Assembly (NCBI GenBank): GCA_964487475.1
Contig: CAZAPM010000005.1
Location: 62,001-124,135 of the forward strand
From: an uncultured Planctomycetales bacterium
Lineage (GTDB): Bacteria > Omnitrophota > Gorgyraeia > Gygaellales > Profunditerraquicolaceae
DNA length: 62,135 nt
Direction of reading: 5' to 3'
Both the position numbers and the translations under genes were made by a program. Under the pieces are notes generated by a model. The model did not search any database. It worked only from the letters and a program-made list of their open reading frames with translations, and was not told where the DNA came from. This document shows, piece by piece, positions 19,801 through 31,800 of this stretch. Position 1 is the first letter of the stretch; each line of letters opens with the position of its first letter.

Positions 19801-22800
19801 CTCAGCTTTCGAGAGCAGCTTTTGCCTGGGAAAATTTTTCAGTATCCGTGAACCAGATAAGTTCGATCGGTACCACCGGCAAGCCGATGTCTTTAAGCCA
19901 ATCAGTGGGCACGGTAGCCACTTCATACGCGTTCCAGCTGGCCGGCTTAAGCGTGGTCAATGTTGCAGGGAAAGCGATTAATCTTGCCGGCACGGCGATC
20001 TCTCCGAGCTCGGTGAGTACCTTGCAGGCAATTGGAAGGGCGGTCGGGCCTACCAGCAAGTTTGCCTGGGCCAGCTATCCTTCGGCGGGTGCGGTCGCAG
20101 GATTGGCGTATAACCGCGTGAGCACCGGGGAGTGGATCAATGAGAGCACTTTGAAAAACGTAGGTATAGGCGCGGCGGTCGGGTTGGGAGTGAAAGGGGT
20201 GTTTTCCGTAGGTAATACAGTTGCCGCGGTCAACCAGGCTTCTTCCGGAACGGTTTCTTCTTCCTCCCTGGCGGCGAAAGTCATTCGTCCCGTAGTTTCC
20301 TTCGTCAAAGAGGATATCGGCTTGGCGCATCCCGTGCAGTTCCTTTCCGGATCTACGGCCGCGGCATTCATGGAAAAAGACGCGCCGTTGGTATCTTCGG
20401 TAGGCGGGTGGCAGGAGAATATGGTCGCTTCGTTGATGCTTGCTCCCGGCCGCGGAGTCTTGAGCGCAGTGGGAGACCTCGGGAATACTCTCGGGATCTC
20501 GAATTCGCTTTCTGCCCGGATGAGCGAGATAAACCTGGTCGAGATGGAGCTTAGCAACAACGACCTCCAGCATCACTGGTGGGGAGTTCCCGTGGCGTTC
20601 ACTTCTTCCGCGCTGCGCGTAGGAAGCCAGATGTACTCCGGATCTTACGCCTTGCAACTCGGGGCCAGGCCGAGCTTGGTCGTGACCGGCATCACCGATA
20701 CGCTCGGTTTCGCCAAAGAGGTGATGGATAATGTCAAGGGCACTCCTAGCGCAAGGCCTCTGCGTGCGGTGGATGTCGCCTCGACCCTGGGCGGCTTGAC
20801 TGGTATGTTCGTTGGAGCAAGAGGTGTTCCCGGGACCAGGATCAGCGGGTTATCTTCGCGCATTAATAACTCTTTTCTGAAGGGGGTCGTGGCGAATACT
20901 CCCGTCTATGCGGCGGTGGGTACCGGGGTCGGCGCCCTGGCAAGCAAATGGCAGAGCGATTCCTTAGGGGAATATTTCTATCAGAGCGGCAGGAACGTTG
21001 ACCAGAATGCTATCAGCTCCATGGGAGCTGCGGTGGCGTTCAACGGACTTGGCCGTGCGGTCAAAGCGATCAGCACGTCCGGCGCGGGCGGGGCAAAGAT
21101 CGTAGGGCTTTCCGTAGGAAGCGCGCTGGTGACCGGTACGGCGGATTACGCGAACGCCTTGATCAACAAACAGGAGTATACCTTTACCCGCGGCGCGGTC
21201 GCCGCCGGCACCGGATTTGCGCTGGCTTCGGGAGCATTGATGCTCGGTGGAAGGATCCGCTCCTTAGGCGCGGTTTCCCAGTATATCAAGTATCCGGTCA
21301 GCATGGGCCTGATCTCCGGCGCCAGCACGATCGCCGCAGCAGGAGTTTCTGGACAGAATTATAGCAAGCTTTCCCTGGCAGCGACCTCCCTGGGGACGAC
21401 CGTGGTCACTGGTCTGGCGCTGAAAAATCCCGGAACGAACCCCGTGGGAAGCAAGCTCGAGGCGGTCAGGTTCTTCAAGAACGTCGGGGAATCTTTCGGT
21501 ATCAATACCGCCAGAAGCGGGCTGCGTATCGGCAGTACCCGGTTAGGGGTCAATCCTTTCACCTTGAAAGCCGCTCCTTTCTATCTGGGCGTTGTTCCCG
21601 GATCTGCCATGGCTTTAGGTTTTGTGCCGGAGTCAGTGGTGTCCGCGCCTAAGCAGAGGATATTCTCCGCCATTGCCATCGCCGCAGGTACTACCATGAT
21701 GTTCTGGAATATGCGCCAGGTTAACACCGGCGGCAATACCGGCATGCGGGCTTTGTTCAGCGCTAAGGATGGCGTATGGAATTATCGTCCGGCATGGGTA
21801 GGCGCGAATGTTGCCGGTGCCTACATCCTTAATTCCGATAAGATCGGATTGAATAAGAAGCTGGGAGATAATCTCGGGCTGGTTAATATTGGCCTGGGAA
21901 TAAGCATGGCTGCGGCGGCTGCGGGGTACGGCAATGTGCTGAAGAATATGGCCAAGCCTCAGTGGATGGGAGAGAATTTCTGGAGCGCGAGGGCCTTGGC
22001 TGCCGATGCATCAAAGTGGGCAAAAGTGAATAGGTTTGCAGCCCAGGCTATAACGTCCAGGGCCGCGTTCTGGGGAGGAACGAGTGCCTGGGTTTTCGGT
22101 GCGCCGGCAGCGTACGAGCTTGTCACGGGTAATGATTACGAAAAGAGCGATTTTAAGAGCGTGCATCAGTGGGGATCCGCGGGCCTGCTTGCCGCGGGTA
22201 TCTTTGTCCCCGGTTTAAAGCCCGGATTGCAGAATCTGCGTCAGAAGTTCTATCTGCTCCAGAACGGGGAGAACATGATCTTTGCCCACCAGATGGCAAA
22301 GACCGCGCTTCCGATGATCCCTGCCTTGACCACGGGTATGGCGTTCTTCCCGGATCTCCAGAATTATTTGTTCAGGCAGGAGGGGAGTTGGGCCAGCGCA
22401 GCAAAATCGGCTTTCAATTACGAAGAGTTTGTTACCGGTTACAACAAGATGTTCCCCAACGAGCCTTACAATTCTGAGCTTGGCTATTTTGAAGCCCAGA
22501 AAAAAATGATGATCGCGCAGATGGCAGGTGAGTTGCAGAAGATGAACCCCGCCTCTCAGCAGTACAAGAATCTTTCCAAGCAGCTCGATTATTATAGGAA
22601 TGCAGACGTCAATAAGAGCTCCAAGTTCCTGGGCATCCCTGTTGGCAACGAGTTCCGCTGGCTCTTGCGTTCCCAGCAGGCGTATGAAGGGTTGAAGGTG
22701 GCGTTTTACTTCGGGCCTCTTATGGAATTTGCCAGACCTTTCCTTACCGAAGGTTTGACCAGGATCCCCGTATTAGGCGATCTGCAGGCGGTCATGGGCG

Positions 22801-25800
22801 AAGGGGCGGGAAGCAGGGGAGTATCCATGGGCGATACCCTCGTTCCGTTAGGGGATCTGCAGTCCGCATTGTATGCCCGCGGCGGCGCTGCCAGAGTGGT
22901 GAGCCATGCCGTGAAAGCCGCGGATCTGTTCCAGGGCTTGATGATGGAGGAGCAGGTAAGGGAGCATATCGCGACCATAGCACTCGGCAGTACGTTCAAA
23001 AAAGCGGGGGTCACGATCTTTAGCCCTGATTCCAGCGATCCTAATTACTCTGCGCTTAGCTTAGGGGCAGAAACCTTCCAGGAAAGCTTTGAAGGTACGG
23101 GTAGATTCAGCACTTCCCGCTTGAACAGGGCTACAATAAACGGCCTTACTTCCGGAGACTTTAGGCTTTGGCGTATTGATCTTCCGATCGGATATCGTCC
23201 TGCTTCTGGCAGCGCTGCTCCGGCAGATGCAGCTTCAATTAATTCCCGCTTAAGCGCTCCGGCTTCCCAGGGAAGCGCCTTGCGCGATATTGCAAATCTT
23301 CCGCAAGGAACAAGGGTTTTTGTTGAGGTATTGAACAATAACAATGTCCATTTTGCACAGGGAAGATATGAATTTGAGGTTGAGGAAGCAAAGGTATGGT
23401 CTTTACCAATAAATACTTATGTTAATTACTTGGACTTCAATGCTAATGTCCAATCTGGGAGCATTTCTCCTGTAGATGTTGTCAATACCGCATTGACCGG
23501 TGGCGTGGATTCAGATGATCCTCAGATCCAGGGAGCACGGTTATTTGTTGCCGAGCACCTTGATCCGGTTACTGCTGCCAAGGTTGAACACCCCAGCGCA
23601 TTAGGTTATCTTACCGTGAATGCCGGTAGCGCTTCAGCGGTTATCCCTGCAAAACTGATCGCGCCTCATTTGTATGACAGAATGGTCACTGATCCGGTAT
23701 TCAAGCAGGATGTGCTCAGGGCCTTCCCTGGTATTACGGCTGCTCCTGCTGCTACCAATGTGAATTTAGGTGCATTACCCTTTATGATCACCGCTTCTTC
23801 TGCAGGGTATGATCCTTCTGCTCAATTCGAAGGTCAGTATGTGCAGTGGGTGCATTCGAGCGCACCGCATTTGCTCAAAGCGCAGAAGTTCTATGTTCAG
23901 GATGGCGGTAAGGCCGTAGAGGTGATCCTGCAGGACGGGGCGTATTTAGGTGTGAACGGAGTGACGTATGCGCCTGAGCGTGTTACCGAAGTACAGCAGA
24001 TCAGCGGCATGTACGAATGGGTAAGTGCTAAGCGTAAGGATGCAAAAGCAGGTTTGGGAGCCGGAGCGATCGGTGCGGATGGCAGAGCGATCGTGTTTAT
24101 CGACGCTTCTCAGCAGTTTGATGCAAATAATCCTTTTGATTCTGTGCTGGTGCGCCACGAGAGAAATGAGGTTTCCCGTCAGGCCAAGATGGGTCAGCGT
24201 TTGCCTGGTTCCGCGTCGGCAGCATCCAGATTCGAAGGGATCGCTTCTTTGTCAGGATATACGGCGAGGCAGTCGGGTGCCCGCAGCCGTCAGATCTGGC
24301 AGCTTACCGATGCCAATGCTCCGGTTCTTCCGGAAGCATCCTTTGCCGCTGCCCAAGTGAAGACTGTCGCACCGGTTTTGCCTGCGCAGGGCAATATGCT
24401 TTCCGCTGCGGCGCCGGTATTCGTAACGGCCTTTTCTGCCGGCCACGATGCTGTTTCTGAAGAGGCGACTGCCGAAGATAAGCAGATCGCGGCACTTGCG
24501 CTGCAGTTGCTGGAGGCCAAGTTGGATATGCCTTTTGAGCCTTCCAGGGTTAGGGATGCTCAGACACTGGCAGTTCAGCTCCAGGAGGCAAAGGCAAAAC
24601 AGAAATATGACAGTGCGTTGGCTGGTTTCGGCGTCGACCGCAGCACCTGGTGGAGCCGCGTGAAGTTCGACGTGTTCGGCGTAGGCAAGAAGGCGGTGCA
24701 GGAGCAGATCGGGCAGCAGGAGAAGGCGAAGGCTGAAGCCCGCCTGCAGGAGCTCAACGAGCAGCGCAAGATGCTGCAGCTTAATTTCAGCGATGACGAA
24801 GTGCGGGGCATGATCGCGCAGGAGAAGAAGCTTGCGGACCCGGCTACGGTCACCGCGGAAGATATCGCCGCCAAGAGGGAGGAATTCGCGCAGGCGCAGT
24901 CCTTCATCTTCGGCCTGGAGATCGCCCGCGAAGAGGGAGTGCCTTTCGATAAGGTCAACCCGCGCAGGCTGGAAGCCAAGAAGAACGAGAAGCTGAGCGG
25001 TATCAATCAGGAAGCCGCGTTCTGGGCTAAGGTGCTGCTTAAAGAAGTTCCTCTCAAACAGTATTTCGAAATGAATGAAGCGGTGCAGAGCCGGCAGGTA
25101 GCGGCGTTCATGCCCAGGGCTTTGACCGCAGGTCTGGAGCCTTCGACGCTTGGCCTGGCTTCCTGGAATGAGCTCAAGGGTAATGTCCAGGAGGATGCGC
25201 AGCCGGGCGTCTTTACGGTCAAGGGTAGAAAGGTCGAGCTGGTCAATGTGCCGCAGTTCATCTCTTCCGCGCTGAAAGTTCCCGAGCCGATCAACTTCGA
25301 TCTGGCTTTGGTCAAGACGAACGAGCAGGGTGAGAAGCTCATTCCGTTGAATGTGGGCACCCTGGTGCAGAAGCAGGACGGCACCTGGGTGGTCCGTACG
25401 AGCATGCCTAAGGAAACTCCCGCTCCCGCGGCCGATGCGCTGAAGACCGCGGAGGCAGAACAGAAGGCGCCGGAGCTGGTCACCACGGAAACTCCTGTGG
25501 TGCTGGGCCAGGCAGTAGAGCTGGCAAGGACCGAGGCGGAAGGCAAAGGCACCAGATTCTTCGTAGAGGAGCTTACTCCCGGCACGCTGACCGTGACCCC
25601 GATGCAGAGCTTCGCGCAGAGACAGGCGCTGGCGCAGATGCATACGGAGTTCCTCAGGAGCATGCCCGGATACACCGCGGGCAACAACAATTGGTTCGCG
25701 TATACGGGCGATGCCGCGACCTTCCAGCCGTTGAGGGCAAGATTGATGGGTATGGCCCAGGAAGCGGATGCGGCGGCTGAATCTCAGGCTGCCGGTGCAA

Positions 25801-28800
25801 TCGATCTGGCGGCGCTGGAAAGCCAGCTCGCCAATGAGATACGCGCGGCAGTGAGGGAGAGCAGGCCTGCAGCCAACCGTTTCGATATGATCCTTCCCCA
25901 GTTGCCCGCAGGCAGCCCGCTTCGCCTGGCAGCTGAGGCGTTGAGGGCAGAAGTTGAAGGCAAGGCGGAGTTCGATCTGGATCTGACCAAGCTGCCTCAT
26001 TTCGCCGCGCTGCAGGATGCGGAACGTCAGTTCCTGGCGATCCTGGCACAGCCTTCGCAGGGTGCGGGTGTTGCCGAGGTTCCTGCTGCGGGTGCGGAAA
26101 CTCCGGAAAAAGCGCAGTTAAGACAGCTTATCGCTACCATTGCCAATAGCAAAGAGACCGAAGAGAATCGCCAGAAGGCGTTGGAGGCGACCAAGGACCT
26201 GTATTATGAAATGTTCGACCGTACCACCAGGAACAAGAGGTTCATGGATCTGATGGCGCAGTTGAACAAAGAGAACCCGAACGTGGATTACCGTTTCATC
26301 ATCCAGGGAGACGGGCAGAGATTCGCGGATTATCGCGATAAGATCATCGGTATCGAGCAGTATTACCGGGCCCGGTTCGGAGCTCAGAACACCTCTGCCG
26401 CGTTCGGCAGGGCTATGTCGGTCATCAATGAGCTCTGGAGCAACGTCTATAAATACGGCGACTGGGGTTTGATGATCGTAGAGAAGGCCGAAGACAGGAT
26501 GATCGTCAGGGTCAAGGATAAAGGACCCGGGTTCATCCTGGGTATGCCGAAGAGCTTGACCGCAGGGGTGACTACCGGCGGTACTCCGGGTATGGGGTAT
26601 CCTACCCAGACCATCGATAAGGCGGACAGGATCGTCGTCAGCTCCGGGCCTGCGCGGCATGTTTCCGGCCAGCTCGGGCTTGACCGGCATGCGGCCTTCA
26701 CCCAGCTGGTGAACAACGATCATCCGGTGACGGGTGTGGAAACCGTGGCCGAGGTCTGGCTTGCTCCTCAGAAGCCCGTTCCTCCTGCCAATGACAGGCT
26801 GGATATGATGGGGATATCCCAGTCTGCCCGCCAGTTGCTTTATTTAGGTAAATTAGCCGTCTACGGGGCCCGCAGAGCATGGGCAAGGATGAACAATCAG
26901 GCCGCGGATACCGGAACTTCGCTTCCGCAGCCTATGTCCGCCACTCCTGCGGTCCCTGCGACGAATGTCCCGGCGCCTGCGGCTACCGGATCTACCGGTA
27001 ACGGCACCGGCAATGGTTCGAATTCGGGTGGTACCCGGATCGTGGGCTCCCTGGTCAGCGGGTCCATGACCGCAAACCACCTTAACTGGGCTAATAACCC
27101 TGGTTTGCCTGCACAATTCAATGCCACGGATGCACACCTGGGCGGACAGTTAGCCCCCACCAGCACTCAGACCGGCGGTCCTTCTCAGGCCGGTCCGGGC
27201 GGCCGTAGTATCGCGGCTGGCCTTGCCCAAGGCCAGGTCGTGGTTCCATACAGTGGGGCAAAGGCCCAGAATGGGTCTGCATATCTTGGTGTAGTGTTTG
27301 GAGTTACAACAGTAGTTGCAGGTGTTGTAGTAGGAGTCACCAGTGGTATCGTAGCAGCAGGCGCGGTCGTAGCGCTTGGTGTAATTGCGATAGGTGCCCT
27401 TTCTGCGTCCTCGAGAACCACGAACGCAGCCGAAAGCAGGGCTGATAATAGAGGAAGCGAAGCTCCGATCGCAGGTGAAACAAGCCCGGTTGCCAGCAAT
27501 GGCAATGCAGGCAATGGTTCCAAGAGTATCGCCGCATATACCGCGGATGCCCCTGTTACGGGGGTTGGCGCCTTGATGCGCGCCAATGGTTCTGAAGTAC
27601 TGATGCCGAGCAATCCGGCGTTGGGAGAACCCAAAAACCACGGTCCTCCGGCAGGTTCCCTTTCTACGCTTTCCAGTCTGGACAATTCAACGGTTGGTGC
27701 TCTCGCAAGAGGCGTTTCCACCACTGAATCTGCTGTTTCCCCCGAAGTAGCCGATCACAGGTTTACCGCGAATTCCGTCAATAATCCTATAAATGTGAAC
27801 GAGCCGCACACTGCTCTTCCTTCCGTGGCAGGAATTAGAGCTTTTGTTGCGGCTTATGTTGTAAATGGGCGCTCCGCAGAAGTCCCCACCTCCGGGGAAC
27901 TGACCACTTCTGCCGGGGCGCCCTTTACAACGAAAGGAGCATTAAAATGTGCACAATCAAATTCGAAGAACTGGAATTCGATCATATGGTCGAATTTATC
28001 AAGGATTCAACAGTATTTCTCTCAGGCCGTGAATCAGGCAGCGGCAAGGTTCGCCTCTTCCTTATTCATGAGGATACCGGCAACGTTTATACGCGCAATG
28101 GCCGGGTTGATTCCTGGGAAGAGCTCGAAGGCAACTTCCGCGATGCCGTTGTCTCCCGCCTCTACGCTTTCCGCGACCGGATCCCGGTCTACCGCGTTAA
28201 CGGTACTCACGAAGTACACGCCTAAAGCGTTGATGTGTGCGGCCGCACTACTGCCTTTCGCGATGGCGGCTGCGGCTCAGGCGCAGGGAGTGGACGCGCC
28301 GGTCTTGACCGAAAGAGAGTTCGTGGACGGGTTCTGGCTGAAGGTCCTGGCGGTTGCCGGTGCCTTCAGCGTGATGGGCGTAGGCGTGTTCCTGGCGGCG
28401 CTTAAATTCACCCGCTGGTCTGCGCAGAGGGCTTTGAAGGTCGCCGGCATGACCGTCGGTATCGTGGCGGTGCTTGGCGTCGGCGCCGGATATACCTATG
28501 ATAAGAGCGATGCCGCGATCGCCACCCTTAAACTTGATCCGCGCAGCGTGGGTATCGCTCCCGCTCAGGATAGCGTCAAGGTCGCGCCGCTTTCCTATTA
28601 TCTGGTCAATGATGACGGTTCGATCGAGCCTGCCGGCTGGCTGGTAATTGACGGCAAGGAATATCATGATTTCAATCCGCTCGGCATCATCAAGGGCAAC
28701 GGTCTTTTCGTGCAGCTTTCCAACGGCGCCTGCCGCGTGCTTTCCCTCGAGAGGATGGGAGACAGTGTTAATCTTGAAGAAACCTTGCGCAAGGCGGGGA

Positions 28801-31800
28801 TTGCCAAGGCGGTGATCTTGAATGCGGCGCAGATGGGCCCGATGGCCATCGTCAACGGCAAGATCGTCCTGAAAAAAGGCTGGGATGCCGGTGCGCTTAA
28901 TTTCCTCGGCATTACCCGCGAGGGATATGTGGTATTGATCAAGACGGAAGGCGTGTTGCTCGGCCAGGTCGGCCAGAACGGTATGGATATCGCCAAGAAG
29001 GCTCTGGCCCTGGGCGTTGTCGAAGGCGCGTTCATTGATGGCGGCGCGACCGATGAAGTGTACAAATCCGTGAACGGACTTTTCATAAGCAAGGCGCGGT
29101 TGAATGGTTTCGTGGCCCAGCAGCTTAAGCAGCAGGAACAGCAGAAGAAGCAGGCTCCTGCTGCGCCTAAGGCTCCCGCGCCCGCTCCGAAGGCTTCCGG
29201 CAAGCGCAATGCCCGTCCGCGCAAGGCAGGGGAGAAGAAGGTGGGCGCGCTGGTTGGCGCCAAGGCGACAGAGACCGCGGCGAAGACCATGTCGCCTGCG
29301 GTGCATGACCGCAGAGGATTCCTGAAGACCCTGGCCATGCTGGCTGCGGCGGCATTCGCCTCCGTGTCGGTAAAAGCGGCGCAGAAGGCTGCGGCGGCAG
29401 TGGCTCCGGATATGGATTCCGCCATGCAGGCGGTGTATTGCTGTCTTTCCACCACGACGCAGACCTATAAGATCGCGGAAGGCGACACCCTGGGTAAGAT
29501 CGCCCGTAAATTCAACACCACCATCGAGTTGATCAAAGTGCTTAACGGCCTTAAGAACGACACGATCATAGCAGGCCGTACCCTGGAAATTCCGCAGTAC
29601 AGCGCGTTCCTGGCGGTGAATCCTCAGACCGGGGCGCTGCGCATCGGTATCTATGACAAGGATTCCCGCCTGATCGGTGATTTCGAGTTCATGGTCGGCA
29701 CTGGCGAGAAAGAATCCCCGACCCCGGCCGGCGATTTTACCGTGATCAATCGTCTTTCGAGACCCGAATGGTGGATGAGCAAGAACAATCCCGATACGGT
29801 CATCCGCTACGGGCAGGCGCATTATCCTTACGGGCCGCTCGCGCTGCTGCTTAAGACCAACAGGAATTTCGATTTCCACACCGTTCCTTCCGATTGGCGC
29901 AAGGAAGGCCCGGTTTCCCATGGCTGCATCCGTATGTCCGATGAGCTGGCGAAGATGCTGTGGGCGGTGGTCAGGGAAGGCACCCGCGGCATCGTGACCA
30001 GCGCCGCGTATCAGTTCCCGCAGACGATGGCCCCTAAGGCTGTGAGCAGGAACGAAGCCGGATTCGCCGATCCCCGCGTCATGGCGGGTGTGGTGGGAGT
30101 GTTCGGTATCGCGGCGTTCGCGTTCGGGTATTTCGCGCTCGGTATGGCCGCTCTGGCGATCAGCGCCGGCAGCATAGCGGTGATGAAAGCCGCCTCCAAG
30201 AGCGAGGCCCGTTTTGACGCCGGCCGCCGCGAGGCGCTGCGTACCATGGGTTTTGTCGCCGCAGGGCTGGCGCTCGGCGGAGCGGATGCGCTGGCGAATG
30301 TGCGCACCACTGCCGCGACGATGCCTCTGACCGATCTTACCCGCGTGGTCGATGGGGTGCTGCGCCACACCGATCCGCACCTCTTCGCAGGCAATACAGT
30401 GGCTCCGGGCCAGGAGAAGAAGTATTCGCACCTGATGTATATGCTGATGGCGACCGCGATCCAGGAATCCGATCTGCGCACGAGTGGGCTGGAGAACGGG
30501 ATGTGGCAGGTGCTTCTGCCCGATGCGCTGGTCTTTGTGCGCACCACCATCGCGCTTCTCGATCAGGCGCAGGCGGCCCGCTCCGAAGTGCTGCTCCATA
30601 CGATCAAGAAGGGTGATTCCCTTGAGTCGGTCACCAGAGAGTATGCGCGCGCGAAGGGTCTGGTCTGGGGCGCGGAGATGGTCAAGGCTGCGGCGGCCAA
30701 TAACAACTTTAAGAAGAACGGTAACGGGCATTATATCCTTACCCCCGGTGCGAAGATGAAAGTGGTGCTGCCGGTGGTGGAGCGTGCGACCTGGCAGAAC
30801 GCTTTGAAGGGGATCACCGGCAAGGCTCGCGCGGACCTCATGAACAACTCCGCGGAAGTAAGCAGGCTTTTGAAGACCAGCCCGGCGTTCGGCTGCTTCC
30901 TGGCGCGCGTGCTGTACCGTTCCCGCGCGGAAAACGAGATCAACGCGCTTCCTTCCCGCGACCAGATGGCAGCGGCTCTGGCGAGATCTTTAGGCCGCGC
31001 CCCCAGCGCCGATGAGCTGAACAAGGATTTTGCGCGCCGCGCTTCGAACATCTGGTACGAGAATTACAACGCGAGCAAGGACAGGGTCGCGGAGAAGAAG
31101 TCGAGATTCGTGTCCCGTATGGCGGCGGTGGCGACCGGCCTGGCGAAGTATGTTGCGCTGATCGTGCTCTTCCTGGCCGCGACCGCGAAGGCGGCGGCGG
31201 GCCCGTTGGTTGGTGCGGCGGCGCCTGCGGCGAAGACCGCGGGCCTGACCTTGTCTGCGGCGATGCCGGTCATCATCGGGCTGGTGGCGTTTGTCGGCTT
31301 GCTCGGGTTGATCTACTTGATCAGCAAATCGCACGAAGCGCAGCAGAATAAGGCTCCGGAGCTGATCGATGANNNNNNNNNNNNNNNNNNNNNNNNNNNN
31401 NNNNNNNNNNNNNNNNNNNNNNNNNNNNNNNNNNNNNNNNNNNNNNNNNNNNNNNNNNNNNNNNNNNNNNNNAAGCATTGGCTGGAGGAGAATCCGAAGG
31501 CGACCTTTGAGCAGAGACTGGATAAGGTCTTCGACCTGATGAAGGGTTCGATCTACGCGCGCATCGGCCGCGCCCTGGAGATCGATAAGGTTGATGCGCA
31601 GTTCATCTCCGGCCTGGTGGCTTTTGTCGAGAAGACCATGGTCGTGACAGAAGGCGGGGAAGGCTCTTCCGATCCTCTCGCCCTGCGCGCCAGGATCATC
31701 GCCAAGATCGGCCAGATGGTAAAAGACATCCGTACTCCGGCCAAGATGGCAGAGCTTAGCGATGCGCTGAAGGATTTCGAGCTTAAGTCCATTGCCAACG

